Positions 21,760-31,911 of a DNA stretch of 64,000 nt are shown one piece after another. Each line of letters opens with the position of its first letter. Within the stretch, counting starts at the first letter, position 1. The position numbers and the translations under genes are program-made. The DNA comes from an uncultured Nitrospiraceae bacterium (GTDB taxonomy: Bacteria > Nitrospirota > Nitrospiria > Nitrospirales > Nitrospiraceae), in the NCBI GenBank assembly GCA_963706325.1, contig CAVPLT010000004.1:960001-1024000 (forward strand), read 5' to 3'. The notes beneath the pieces were generated by a model that did not search any database, had not been told where the DNA came from, and saw only the letters and a program-made list of their open reading frames with translations.

Positions 21760-21868
21760 ACCGCTCGGATTGACTGTGTTCTCGCGACAAGAACAAGGAG
21801 GCGAGCCGCGCACGATCATGCACACGAGATGTCGCCATGCGTCACGCCGTCGGAGAGGAAGGTAGACT

Positions 21869-22435
21869 ATGAGTGAAGTGATCAGAATTGCCGGGATCGC
21901 CGGCAGTCTCCGCAAAGGGTCCTATAACAAATCGGCCCTTCAGGCCGCCCTCAAACTCGTTCCCAAGGGCAGTTCATTGGACATCCTCGATCTCGAGGGC
22001 ATTCCCGGTTTCAATCAAGACCTTGAACAGGCCTTCCCGCCTCACGCGCGCGAGTTCAAGGCCAAGGTCAAGGCAGCCGACGCTGTGTTGATCGTGACCC
22101 CGGAGTATAACTATTCCGTGCCGGGTGTGCTCAAGAACGCCATCGACTGGGCGTCCCGCCCCTATGGCGACAGCGCCTGGAATGCCAAACCGGTCGCGAT
22201 TATGGGAGCCTCTGGTGGAATGCTGGGGACTGCCCGCGCCCAATATCATCTTCGCCAGATGTTCGTCTTCTTGAACATGTTCCCGCTGAACCAGCCGGAA
22301 GTCATGATCGCCAATGCCGACGAGAAGTTTGATGAGCAGGGCAGCTTGAAGGATGCGAAGACGGTACAGAAGATCAAGGAGCTGCTTGAAGCATTGGTGG
22401 AATGGACGGCACAGCTCAAGAAGGCGAGAGCCTAG
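21869..22435 (+). CDS. NAD(P)H-dependent FMN reductase (ChrR-like)
   Basis: GSLRKGSYN, TPEYNYSVPGVLKNAIDWASRP. Confidence 0.9.
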   Translation: MSEVIRIAGIAGSLRKGSYNKSALQAALKLVPKGSSLDILDLEGIPGFNQDLEQAFPPHAREFKAKVKAADAVLIVTPEYNYSVPGVLKNAIDWASRPYGDSAWNAKPVAIMGASGGMLGTARAQYHLRQMFVFLNMFPLNQPEVMIANADEKFDEQGSLKDAKTVQKIKELLEALVEWTAQLKKARA

Positions 22436-22497
22436 GAAGGGCAGGGTGCCGGTATTCGTCGGAAGGAAGCGAAGCTTCGTCGGTGGGTTCCTGACAG

Positions 22498-22900
22498 GTG
22501 TGTTTCTACTATGTCTCTGGGGGAATGGCCGTAAGGTCTGCGCATGCGGCGGACGGAGATCTATTGAAAGGGAAGGCGCTCTATGTGAAGAACTGTGTGC
22601 TTTTGCCAGGGTGTGGAGGGGAAAGGAAACGGGCCGTTGGGCCTGGCTACCAATCCGCCGGCTGCCGACTTTACGAGACAACGGAGCAAGGCCAAAAACA
22701 GAGTCACAATTGCGTGCCACGATCGAACAGGGCCGTCCACCCACGGCGATGGAAGGCTGGACGGGACATTGTCGGAGGCGGAGATCGAGGAGGTCTTGGC
22801 CTATGTAGTGATGCTGCGAAAGCGAGGGCTCGCGGGAAAAGTTGACCATCTGGCAAGCGGTGTGAAAGAAGTAAACGTGCGGTGTCGGAGAAACGGTTAA
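22498..22900 (+). pseudogene. Decayed cytochrome c, paralogue of 21394..21759
   Basis: Across three frames: GDLLKGKALY..., CQGVEGKGNGPLG...PPAADFT, LRATIEQGRPPTAMEGW, LSEAEIEEVLAYV; the haem-binding His reads Gln. Confidence 0.7.
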
Positions 22901-22923
22901 CCCATCACTAGAGGAGGTTCGAG

Positions 22924-23346
22924 ATGATCGTCAACAAATGTGTCTGTGCGTCGGCCGTGCTCATGCTGAGTGCCATAGCATATGGTTGCACCAGTTTGCC
23001 AGAAAGTAGTCGGACAGCAGCGATTCACGACGTGAAGGTGGAGGAAAGACTCTCACCGGGCACAATTCGAGTACAGCCGGGAGACGAGGTCCGCTGGGTG
23101 AACGTCCGGAAGCTGCCGGCCCAAGTGGAAGTTCCCACGGTGACGGCCGATGACCTGTCCTGCCAGCGTGGATTCACCAACTGGATGGGCTCGTTCCGGG
23201 ACATCGCTCGTGTCAAGCCGAATGAAACCGTGGCGCTCTGCTTCAAGAAGCCGGCCGTCATCAATTACAGCGTACGGGCGGAAACGTCACTGGGCGGTGG
23301 CATGCAGGTCTTGCCGGGCACCGTGGAAGTGGGAGGAACTCGATGA
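22924..23346 (+). CDS. Lipoprotein with cupredoxin-like fold, lacking type-1 Cu ligands
   Basis: Lipobox AYGC, IRVQPGDEVRWVN, two mature-domain Cys; RBS gaggagg. Confidence 0.6.
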   Translation: MIVNKCVCASAVLMLSAIAYGCTSLPESSRTAAIHDVKVEERLSPGTIRVQPGDEVRWVNVRKLPAQVEVPTVTADDLSCQRGFTNWMGSFRDIARVKPNETVALCFKKPAVINYSVRAETSLGGGMQVLPGTVEVGGTR

Positions 23347-23405
23347 TGTGAATACGGGTGAGCAGAATGGAAAGGGACTAACGGTCCAATTGATCAATGC
23401 TCCTT

Positions 23406-23455
23406 GACCGAGGCTGTGCCGGGGCGGCTGACGCCCGGCACGCGGTCTTTTGTTT
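23406..23455 (+). terminator. Putative intrinsic terminator
   Basis: gtgccggg...cccggcac stem with outer gaccg/cggtc pairing, followed by ttttgttt. Confidence 0.55.
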
Positions 23456-23643
23456 CACCATGGCGGCGAGCATGAAACACCAAGGTTTGCTGCTCGCCGC
23501 CGACGCGCACCGCCGATGAAGAAAGGGTGGAAGAGCCTGTGATCTCACGCAGATATTCGCGCTGCCCCAGCCGCGCTGAGTATTAAGGCGAATAGATTTG
23601 TAGAAAGAATCGACCTGGAACGACCTGACGGACAGGAGACGCT

Positions 23644-23982
23644 ATGAAAGACATGATCAGGGAGAAGGCGACGACAGCGTTCATTCTTGCGTCGCTGCTG
23701 GCTGTCGGAGTGGTAGCAGGTTCGGCATGGTCGGCGCCTCAACAGGCGGAGCAGGGCTTCGCGTGGAAGGACGGCGCGGAAGTGTATAAGAAGGTCTGCG
23801 CATTGTGTCATGACACGGGCGTCGCTCCGGTCGTATTGGGCCGCGGTCACGACCCCCTCTTTATCCAACTTATCGTGCGCAACGGAAGCCGCGCCATGCC
23901 GGCGTTTCGCGCATCAGAGATCGATGACCACTCACTGGAACAACTTGCCGAGTATGTATCGAAAACAGCGGCCGACAAGTAA
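23644..23982 (+). CDS. pchC: p-cresol methylhydroxylase-type cytochrome c subunit
   Basis: Signal peptide, WKDGAEVYKKVCALCH, VRNGSRAMPAFRASEIDD; position before pchX-pchF. Confidence 0.8.
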   Translation: MKDMIREKATTAFILASLLAVGVVAGSAWSAPQQAEQGFAWKDGAEVYKKVCALCHDTGVAPVVLGRGHDPLFIQLIVRNGSRAMPAFRASEIDDHSLEQLAEYVSKTAADK

Positions 23983-23996
23983 GGGGGGCCCCTCCC

Positions 23997-24875
23997 ATGG
24001 AAGTTGATCGACGCAGTTTGATGAAGGGCATGTTGGCGAGCGGGGCGCTCCTCGCATTAGGCACTCCTCCCTGGGCCTTCGGAGAATCGTTTCCGCGCAG
24101 ACCTAGTCAGTGCCTGCTGCTATTGGGCGGGTCAGGCGCGGACGATTGGTTCAGGAGCGGCGCGGGAGCAGCTGCGACCGGCATGACATATGAGGACCTG
24201 CAGACCGTGAAGCTGAAAGGCGGCCTTCTGACGGATACAGACCGCGTGGTCACGTTGCTGAAGCAATCACGAGGGGCAAGGTTGATTGCCGTCATGGACG
24301 ATGCCGGTGCGGTGATTTTTCTTGAACTGGCCCGCACTGCAGGTGTCCGGTTGCTCTCCATGGGTACCCATGCCTGCTCGACCGATGCGGCCTCGCCGCT
24401 TCGCCATGCCTGGGGTTCGACATCACCAGTTCATAGCGCCGGTGGATTACTGGCATCACAGCTCCTTCAGCGCCAGGGCAGTTTTTCCATTACGGAAAGT
24501 TTTATCGAGGAATCACCGGAGCAAAGTGTTTTGACAAGCTGGTCTGCACCGGGATTTTCCTCCTATCGCTTCACAGCGCCGGACGCGGCCCACATGCACT
24601 GTTCCGGTCTCTCACTCCCGGAGGGCGGCCGGTTGCTCGGTCTGGAAACAACCGAGGGGTGGGTCTCCATCCCACAGCATGCATGCAGACGTGATTCCGT
24701 CACATGTCAGCCGGAGAACTGGGTGGAATCCGTAGGGTATGCCGTGACCGCTTCGGCGCTTGGCGTGGACTCAGTCAGGGAATCCTGTTCAGAGCGCGCC
24801 TTCGTGCATCAGTCGCGGAACGGCGAGCTGATACGGCCGATGGAAAGGTTTGTCTCTTTCGTGATGGACATCTAG
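23997..24875 (+). CDS. pchX: PchX-like accessory protein with Tat-like signal
   Basis: DRRSLMKG N-terminus, C-terminal FVSFVM; syntenic between pchC and pchF. Confidence 0.65.
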   Translation: MEVDRRSLMKGMLASGALLALGTPPWAFGESFPRRPSQCLLLLGGSGADDWFRSGAGAAATGMTYEDLQTVKLKGGLLTDTDRVVTLLKQSRGARLIAVMDDAGAVIFLELARTAGVRLLSMGTHACSTDAASPLRHAWGSTSPVHSAGGLLASQLLQRQGSFSITESFIEESPEQSVLTSWSAPGFSSYRFTAPDAAHMHCSGLSLPEGGRLLGLETTEGWVSIPQHACRRDSVTCQPENWVESVGYAVTASALGVDSVRESCSERAFVHQSRNGELIRPMERFVSFVMDI

Positions 24876-24898
24876 CAACTGACGCGGGATCACATCAA

Positions 24899-25025
24899 GC
24901 AGGATGTTCAAACTGGCCGTCCAGCGAGGCCGCAGCTAGGGGAAGAAACGAGGCGTCCTCCACTTTGTACGTAGCGTTTCTGACCGACGCGAGAACAAAG
25001 CTGGAGGACAGTTTCAAGATTCTGC
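24899..25025 (+). repeat. Interspersed MITE/REP-like element with imperfect terminal inverted repeats
   Basis: Left end gcaggatgttcaaactggccgtccagc versus reverse complement of right end gcagaatcttgaaactgtcctccagc; colinear similarity to 32205..32329. Confidence 0.75.
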
Positions 25026-25039
25026 CAGGAGGATAAAGA

Positions 25040-26611
25040 ATGGCCAGCAAATATATCGCCCTCCCGAAGCGTGTCTCCGAGGAAACGTTTGATGCTGCGG
25101 TCAAGGAATTTCGCGCGGTCCTGGGTGAGGCCAACGTGCTCACAAAAGCGGAGCAGCTTGCGCCCTATTCCAAAGTCATGATGCCCGTGCCGGATGCCAA
25201 TCACACGCCCTCTGCCGCGATCCTGGCGACGACTGTGGAACAGATCCAGAGGATCGTGGGCATCTGCAACAAATATAAGGTTCCGATTTGGACCATCTCG
25301 ACCGGAAAAAACCTGGGCTACGGTTCTGCGGCTCCGGCCGAGCGGGGGCAGGTAGTGCTCGATCTGCATCGCATGAACCGCATCCTCGAAGTCGATGGCG
25401 ACCTGTGCTACGCCCTCGTGGAACCGGGCGTCACCTATAGGCAGCTCTACGACTATTTCCAAGAACATAAGTTGGCGCTCTGGCTCTCCGTGCCGGCGCC
25501 CTCCGCCATTGCCGGACCGACCGGCAATACGTTGGACCGGGGGGTCGGGTATACGCCTTACGGGGAGCATTTCATGAACGCCTGCGGCATGGAAGTGGTC
25601 CTGGCGAACGGGGAGGTCTTGCGCACGGGCATGGGATCGGTGCCCAATTCCAACACCTGGCAGTCTTTTAAGTGGGGCTATGGTCCTTACTTGGATGGAA
25701 TCTTTACCCAGTCCAACTACGGCATCGTCACCAAATTCGGTTTTTGGCTTCAGCCGGCGCCCCCGGTGTTCAAGCCGTTCATGATTCAATATCAAAACGA
25801 AGAAGATGTGGTGGAAATCGTCGAGACCATGCGCCCTCTCCGCCTGAATGGTGTCATCCCCAATTCAGGGGTGATCGCGCATGCGCTGTACGAGGCGCCG
25901 TTGAAGGCCAAGCGGAGCGATTATGTCACCGGGCCCGGTTCGATCTCGGATGAAGCCGTTCGCCGCCTGGTGAAGGATCATAACATGGGCATCTGGAACG
26001 TCACGGCCGCGCTGTATGGCACGCAAGAGCAGGTGGATGTGAACTGGAAAATTGTGACCGCCGCCTTCGGCAAATCCGGGAAGGCGAAATTCCTGACGCA
26101 GGAAGACGTGGGGGATGATCCTCAATTCGGCTATCGGGCCGTCCTGATGCGCGGCGGCATGGACATGCGGGAATTCAACCTCTACAACTGGCGCGGCGGG
26201 GGTGGCTCCTTATGGTTTGCGCCGGTTTCGCAAGCGCGCGGGAGCGAGACGCTCAAGCAGGTGACACTCGCCAAGCAGATCCTAGGTCGGCATGGGCTCG
26301 ATTACACCGGTGAATTCATCGTCGGCATGCGGGACATGCACCATATCCTCGACATGGTCTTTGACCGCACGGATCCCGCCATGACCAAGGCCGCGTACCA
26401 GTGTTTCGATGAATTGGTGAGCGAGTTTTCAGCGCAAGGTTACGGCACGTATCGCGTCAATACCGCGTTTATGGACAAGGTGGCCCACACCTACGGTCAG
26501 GTGCAGCGCAACGTCCATAGGACGCTCAAGAAAGCCTTGGACCCGAATGGAATTCTTGCGCCTGGGAAATCCGGCATACGAATTGCCGACAACGATAAGC
26601 CGATCTCATGA
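25040..26611 (+). CDS. pchF: 4-alkylphenol methylhydroxylase flavoprotein subunit (VAO/PCMH family)
   Basis: ISTGKNLGYGSAAP, VEPGVTY, GNTLDRGVGYTPYG, GPYLDGIFTQSNYG, LYNWRGGGGS (covalent FAD Tyr), LDPNGILAPGKSGI. Confidence 0.9.
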   Translation: MASKYIALPKRVSEETFDAAVKEFRAVLGEANVLTKAEQLAPYSKVMMPVPDANHTPSAAILATTVEQIQRIVGICNKYKVPIWTISTGKNLGYGSAAPAERGQVVLDLHRMNRILEVDGDLCYALVEPGVTYRQLYDYFQEHKLALWLSVPAPSAIAGPTGNTLDRGVGYTPYGEHFMNACGMEVVLANGEVLRTGMGSVPNSNTWQSFKWGYGPYLDGIFTQSNYGIVTKFGFWLQPAPPVFKPFMIQYQNEEDVVEIVETMRPLRLNGVIPNSGVIAHALYEAPLKAKRSDYVTGPGSISDEAVRRLVKDHNMGIWNVTAALYGTQEQVDVNWKIVTAAFGKSGKAKFLTQEDVGDDPQFGYRAVLMRGGMDMREFNLYNWRGGGGSLWFAPVSQARGSETLKQVTLAKQILGRHGLDYTGEFIVGMRDMHHILDMVFDRTDPAMTKAAYQCFDELVSEFSAQGYGTYRVNTAFMDKVAHTYGQVQRNVHRTLKKALDPNGILAPGKSGIRIADNDKPIS

Positions 26612-26723
26612 CGGAGTGGGGCGTTCGCTAAGCCAGTGATTCTGGCTCGACAATTCGGCATCACACTTGCTGGTCACTAGATCGGGCGATCGCAAATGCT
26701 TTGGCCTGCGAAGGAGCAACCAG

Positions 26724-27855
26724 ATGACCAACAAACAGAACGTCCATACCAGAGAGATCAAGGCGGCGGTCATTCGCAAGAAGGGCGGGCCATTCCAGAT
26801 AGAAACGCTCACATTGGAAGAGCCGCGTCCCGACGAGGTGTTAGTTCGGATCGTGGCGACCGGGATGTGCCACACCGACATGGTCGCCCGCGATCAGCTC
26901 TATACCGTACCGATGCCGGTCGTACTCGGACACGAAGGGGCCGGCGTCGTCGAACAGGTCGGCGGCAACGTCAAGAAAATCGCAACGGGCGACCATGTGG
27001 TGTTGACCTATATGTGGTGCGGCCATTGCAAACCCTGCCTGAACGGCCACTTGACCTACTGCCAGAACTTCTACCCTCTGAATTTCGGCGGCGCACGCGA
27101 GGATGGGAGTACCGCGACCCATGATAGTCAGGGGGCGGTCCATGACCACTTCTTCGGTCAATCGTCGTTCGGGACGTTTGCGCTCGTCCATGAGCGCAAC
27201 GTGGTCAAGGTCCCGAACACCGCGCCGCTTGAACTACTCGGTCCACTCGGCTGCGGCATCCAAACCGGCGCCGGGCGCCGTGATGAATGCATTGAAGGTC
27301 AGACCAGGCAGCAGCTTCGCTACGTTCGGAGGAGGCGCCGTCGGTTTGAGCGCCGTGATGGCGGCGCGTGTGGCGGGCGCGACGACCATTATCGCAGCGG
27401 ATGTCGTACCGTCACGCCTCGCGCTGGCCAAGGAACTTGGAGCGACCCATACCGTCAACAGCCGCGAAACCGATCCGATCGAGGCCGTGCGAAAGATCAC
27501 CGGCGGCGGCGCCGATTTCACGCTCGAATCGAGCGGTCGTCCTGAGGTGCTGCGGCAGGCCATCGACGCGCTGGCGATCTGCGGGACCTGCGGCATCGTC
27601 GGGGCGCCGGCGTTGGGCACCGAAGCCAGCTTCGATGTGAACGGGGTCATGACGACCGGCAAGCGCATTATCGGGATTATCGAAGGCGACAGCGTTCCGG
27701 ATCTTTTTATTCCAAGCCTCGTGGAGCTGCATGCGCAGGGGCGTTTTCCGTTCGACAAGCTGGTGAAATTTTACAGCCTCGATCAGATCAATCAGGCGGC
27801 GGAAGACAGCGAGAAGGGCATCACGATTAAGCCGATTGTCCGTCTAGGTTCGTGA
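26724..27855 (+). CDS. Zn-dependent aryl-alcohol dehydrogenase (one frameshift near 27274)
   Basis: GMCHTD, GHEGAG, C..C..C...C structural Zn site, [18 protein letters not shown]; the next frame gives AVMNAL, GGGAVG and GRFPFDKL. Confidence 0.85.
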
Positions 27856-27929
27856 CAGCCACATTGAAACGCGAGCTTGGCTGCGAGGATTGCCGCTGTC
27901 TGACGGTCTTCAATATGAAGGGAGTGACC

Positions 27930-28454
27930 ATGCAATTCAGTCAATACATCCTACCGACCGTCACTCTGGTCATCATGAGCGTGGGATTCTTCGGCAGCGC
28001 CGAGGCCAAGACCATCGAGGCGGGCGAGGCGACCGCGAGCTGGAACGGCACCGGAGTCATTGAGGATCTGGGAGATGGTGAGAGGATCTTCAGAGGCATG
28101 ATCAACGGGACGATGTTCATTCGGCATCCCGATGGAGCCGCGCACACGCGGATTCATGCGGCGAAAATCGACTGTCAGGCCACCGTTCGTCTGAGTGAAA
28201 ATAGCGAGGAACACCAGAGCGCCCTCTGCATGACGAGCGCGAACGAGGGCAAGGATGTCGCCTATGGAGAAATGCGATGTGTCGGGAAAAAAGATGAGTG
28301 CAAAGGCGAATTCACGTTTTCCTGGGGACGAGGCGCCTTCAAAGGTATCACGGGAACGACACCGTTCGTGGGCGGCATCAATATCGAAAAAACGGCAGAT
28401 GGCCGGATTTACGGCTATGCCGCATGGCCTCAGATGACCTATTCTCTGCCGTAA
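27930..28454 (+). CDS. Secreted hypothetical beta-rich protein with four Cys
   Basis: RBS ggag, signal peptide ending AEA, motif GEFTFSWGRGAFKGITG. Confidence 0.65.
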   Translation: MQFSQYILPTVTLVIMSVGFFGSAEAKTIEAGEATASWNGTGVIEDLGDGERIFRGMINGTMFIRHPDGAAHTRIHAAKIDCQATVRLSENSEEHQSALCMTSANEGKDVAYGEMRCVGKKDECKGEFTFSWGRGAFKGITGTTPFVGGINIEKTADGRIYGYAAWPQMTYSLP

Positions 28455-28572
28455 AGTCAGCACTCGTTCGGCTTCGCCTCCGACTTCTCGATCATCCGTC
28501 GCACAGGCGACCGGGTGTCCGCTGCTTGGACTATGCATCCCCGCCTTACCGTGAAAGAGGAGGTTCATTTAC

Positions 28573-30063
28573 ATGAACAGGTCTCATAACAGCGCACCAC
28601 CGGCTCATTACACGGGGTATGACAAGTTATACATCAATGGGCGATGGCAAACTGGTCGATCTTCGCATGTGGTGCGCGTGACCGATCCGTATGACGGCGC
28701 AGTCCTCGCCGACATACCCGGTGCAAGCGAAGACGATCTCAATCAGGCATTTGAATCCGCCAAGCAGGCTCAACGCGCGTGGGCGGCCCGGTCGCCCGGT
28801 GAGAGGGCTCAAGTCCTTCGTCATGCCTACGACATCGTCAAGGCGCGGAAAGACGAGATCTGCGAATGGTCGATCCGTGAATCCGGGAGCGTCGGCATCA
28901 AGGCGGAAATCGAATGGCAGGCGGTGCTGGATATTATGGAACAGGCGGTGGCTGCTCCCTATCGCGTCATCGGTCACATCATGCCGAGCAACATTCCTGG
29001 AAAGGAATGCCGCGTGTACAAGAAGCCCCTAGGCGTCGTGGCGGTTATCGGGCCGTGGGACTTTGCCATGCACCTCTCGAATCGCTCCATAGCGCCCGCT
29101 GTGGCTGTCGGCAATGCGGTCGTTCTCAAGCCAGCCAGCGATACACCCGTCACAGGCGGTCTCATGCTGGCGAAAATTTATGAAGAAGCTGGGCTGCCTG
29201 CCGGAGTCTTCAATGTCGTGGTCGGGTCCGGCTCGGAAATCGGGACCCCGTTCGCCCTACATCCCATTCCGCGTCTGAATTCGTTCACTGGTTCCACGGC
29301 AGTGGGTAGGGAGATCGGCCTGAATAGTATGAAGCGTCCCGTCATCAAGAAGGTCGCGCTCGAACTGGGAGGCAACGGACCGCTGGTGATCCTGGACGAT
29401 GCCGATATGGACGTCGCGGTCAACGCCGCCGTATTCGGAAAATTTATTAACCAAGGCCAGATTTGCATGATTGCCAACCGCATCATTGTGCATCAAGACA
29501 TCCACGATGAGTTTGTGCGTCGATTTGTCGAGCGCGTGAAGCAATTGAAGGTGGGTGACCCCAAGGATCCGAAGACCATTATCGGCCCGATCATCAACCA
29601 GCAGCAGTTCAAGGGAATCATGGCCCACATCGAATCGGCCCGTGAGGAGGGAGCCAAGGAAGTGCTGGGCGGCGCGCCCAAGGGATTGGTGATTCCGCCG
29701 CATATTTTCACGGGTGTCACGATGAAGATGACCATCGCGCGAGAAGAAATCTTCGGTCCCGTTGCTCCCATCATCAAGGTGCGGGATGAAGCCGAAGCTT
29801 TGCGGGTCGCCAACGACACCGATGCCGGACTGACCGGGTCCGTCATCACGCGGGATGAAAATCGGGGGCTCGCGTTTGCGCTTCAAATGGAGGCGGGCAT
29901 GACCCATGTCAACGATCAACCGGTCAATGATCTCGCGAACAATCCGTTCGGCGGCGAAAAGAATAGCGGTCTCGGACGGTTCGGCGGCGACTGGATCATC
30001 GACGAGTTTACCACCGACCAATGGATCACGGTGCAGCACAGCCCTCGGCAGTATCCTTTTTGA
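28573..30063 (+). CDS. pchA: Aromatic aldehyde dehydrogenase (4-hydroxybenzaldehyde dehydrogenase-like)
   Basis: KPASDTPVTGG, FTGSTAVG, LELGGNGP, QGQICM, EEIFGP, FGGEKNSGLGRFGG; context next to pchCXF. The usual PWN motif reads PWD. Confidence 0.75.
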   Translation: MNRSHNSAPPAHYTGYDKLYINGRWQTGRSSHVVRVTDPYDGAVLADIPGASEDDLNQAFESAKQAQRAWAARSPGERAQVLRHAYDIVKARKDEICEWSIRESGSVGIKAEIEWQAVLDIMEQAVAAPYRVIGHIMPSNIPGKECRVYKKPLGVVAVIGPWDFAMHLSNRSIAPAVAVGNAVVLKPASDTPVTGGLMLAKIYEEAGLPAGVFNVVVGSGSEIGTPFALHPIPRLNSFTGSTAVGREIGLNSMKRPVIKKVALELGGNGPLVILDDADMDVAVNAAVFGKFINQGQICMIANRIIVHQDIHDEFVRRFVERVKQLKVGDPKDPKTIIGPIINQQQFKGIMAHIESAREEGAKEVLGGAPKGLVIPPHIFTGVTMKMTIAREEIFGPVAPIIKVRDEAEALRVANDTDAGLTGSVITRDENRGLAFALQMEAGMTHVNDQPVNDLANNPFGGEKNSGLGRFGGDWIIDEFTTDQWITVQHSPRQYPF

Positions 30064-30095
30064 GTATCGGCATACGAGACGGGAGTTTGTACCGC

Positions 30096-31235
30096 ATGTC
30101 TAACAGAAGCCGGCCATGCAAAAGCCTTTCGCCGGATACGACTAGAGAGCGCAAACGCCTGGAGGAGGCGTTGGAGGAAAGTGAGGAGAAGTATCGGACG
30201 ATCGTCGAAGGGCAAACCGAACTCATCACCCGATTTCTTCCCGACACAGTATTGACGTTTGTCAATGGAGCGTATTGCCGGTACTTTCGAACAACCCCTG
30301 AGCGAGTGCTCGGTCACAGTGCGCTGTGGATCCTCCCGGAAAGTCAACGTGAGCAAGGGGGGGTCCGCATTGCGTCGCTGCAGACCAATCAACGCGCAGC
30401 GGGCTTCGAACATGAGGTGAGCACGCCCGAGGGAGAACGACGGTGGCTGGAATGGACCGACCAGGCGATTACAGACCAGTATGGTGAGGTTATTGAAATT
30501 CAGTCCATCGGTCGGGACATCACCAAGCAGAAACAAGTGGAGATGACGTTGCGCCAGCTGTCCGGACGGCTGCTCCAGCTCCAAGATGAGGAACGACGGC
30601 GAATCGCGCGCGAGCTACACGACAGTACGGCTCAAAGTCTGGCCGGACTGTCGATGAATCTAGCGGTGATTGAGATGGAGTCCGACGCATTGAGCGATGA
30701 GGCCAGAAAGGCGCTCCGTGAGAGCCTGGCCCTGGCCAAGCACTCGACTCGGGAACTGCGAACGCTCTCGTACCTATTGCATCCGCCGTTGTTGGATGAA
30801 TCGGGGCTGATTTCCGCTGTGCGTTGGTACGTGGACGGCTTCTCGCAACGGAGCGGGGTTCTCGTCGATCTTGTTCTCCCATCCGAATCCTGTCGGTTCC
30901 TGAGAGAAGTGGAGACCGCCCTCTTCAGGATCATGCAAGAATGCCTGTCGAACATTCACAAACATTCAGGAAGTCCGACGGCCAATATACGGCTCGCGTT
31001 CGATGAGTTGCACGTGGTCATGGATATTAGGGATTACGGGAAAGGGATGCCGACCGCTGCTCCGGGAGGAAAAGGCGACAGGACGTCCCCTCTTGGAGTC
31101 GGACTGATGGGGATGCGAGAACGTGTGGGGCAATTGCATGGCAACCTGGATATCCAAGCCGGGAGTTGGGGCACCGCGGTCACGGTCACCCTACCGCTCG
31201 ACGGAGGGGAACAATGGGCACACTTCGAATCTTAA
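30096..31235 (+). CDS. Soluble PAS-domain sensor histidine kinase (HisKA_3 type)
   Basis: PAS/PAC (FVNGAY..SIGRDIT), ERRRIARELHD, HPPLLD, QECLSNIHKHS, DYGKG, GLMGMRER; no TM segment. Confidence 0.88.
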   Translation: MSNRSRPCKSLSPDTTRERKRLEEALEESEEKYRTIVEGQTELITRFLPDTVLTFVNGAYCRYFRTTPERVLGHSALWILPESQREQGGVRIASLQTNQRAAGFEHEVSTPEGERRWLEWTDQAITDQYGEVIEIQSIGRDITKQKQVEMTLRQLSGRLLQLQDEERRRIARELHDSTAQSLAGLSMNLAVIEMESDALSDEARKALRESLALAKHSTRELRTLSYLLHPPLLDESGLISAVRWYVDGFSQRSGVLVDLVLPSESCRFLREVETALFRIMQECLSNIHKHSGSPTANIRLAFDELHVVMDIRDYGKGMPTAAPGGKGDRTSPLGVGLMGMRERVGQLHGNLDIQAGSWGTAVTVTLPLDGGEQWAHFES

Positions 31236-31870
31236 TTGCCGACGATCACGATGTCGTTCGCCAGGGAGTGCGAGCCCTGCTGAACCAGCAGCCTGGCTGG
31301 AATGTCGCGTGGGAAGCGGCAACCGGCCGCGAGGCGGTCACCATGGCCAAGCGCGAGCGGCCGGACGTCAACATTCTTGACCTAGCGATGCCGGAAATGA
31401 ACGGGTTGGAGGCGGCGCGTCAAATCCTGCACGATCAGCCGGAGGCCCAGGTCCTGATTCTCACCATGCATGAATCCGAGCAGCTGGTCCGAGAGGTGCT
31501 TGATTCCGGCGCGAGGGGCTATGTCTTGAAGTCGGATGCCGGGAAAGATCTCATCTCCGCAGTGGATGCCCTCCGTTTGAAGCACGTGTTTTTTACATCC
31601 AAGATCGCCTCGATCGTCCTGACTGATTATCTCAAAACGAGCCGTGAGCTCCGCAAGGGCGAACCGGCGAGCCATGCGCTCTCTCCGCGCGAGCGCGAAA
31701 TCATCCAACTCCTGGCGGAAGGCAGGAGCAATAAGCATGTGGCCGACATCCTCAATATCAGCGTCAAGACTGCGGAAACGCACCGCCACCGGATCATGCA
31801 GAAGCTGGAACTGAAGTCCATCGTGGATCTCGTGCATTACGCCATTCGGAACCACGTCGTCCAGCCCTGA
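31214..31870 (+). CDS. NarL/LuxR-family response regulator
   Basis: IADDH, LDLAMP, GYVLKS, LSPRERE..ISVKTAETHR HTH. Confidence 0.92.
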   Translation: MGTLRILIADDHDVVRQGVRALLNQQPGWNVAWEAATGREAVTMAKRERPDVNILDLAMPEMNGLEAARQILHDQPEAQVLILTMHESEQLVREVLDSGARGYVLKSDAGKDLISAVDALRLKHVFFTSKIASIVLTDYLKTSRELRKGEPASHALSPREREIIQLLAEGRSNKHVADILNISVKTAETHRHRIMQKLELKSIVDLVHYAIRNHVVQP

Positions 31871-31911
31871 ACGCGCCGCTCCTCACGCCTACAGTAGTTT
31901 CCTCCTTGAAA

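Noticed and set aside
22924..23346. Azurin-like electron acceptor for PCMH
   Set aside because: Lacks the C-terminal Cys-His-Met type-1 copper ligands
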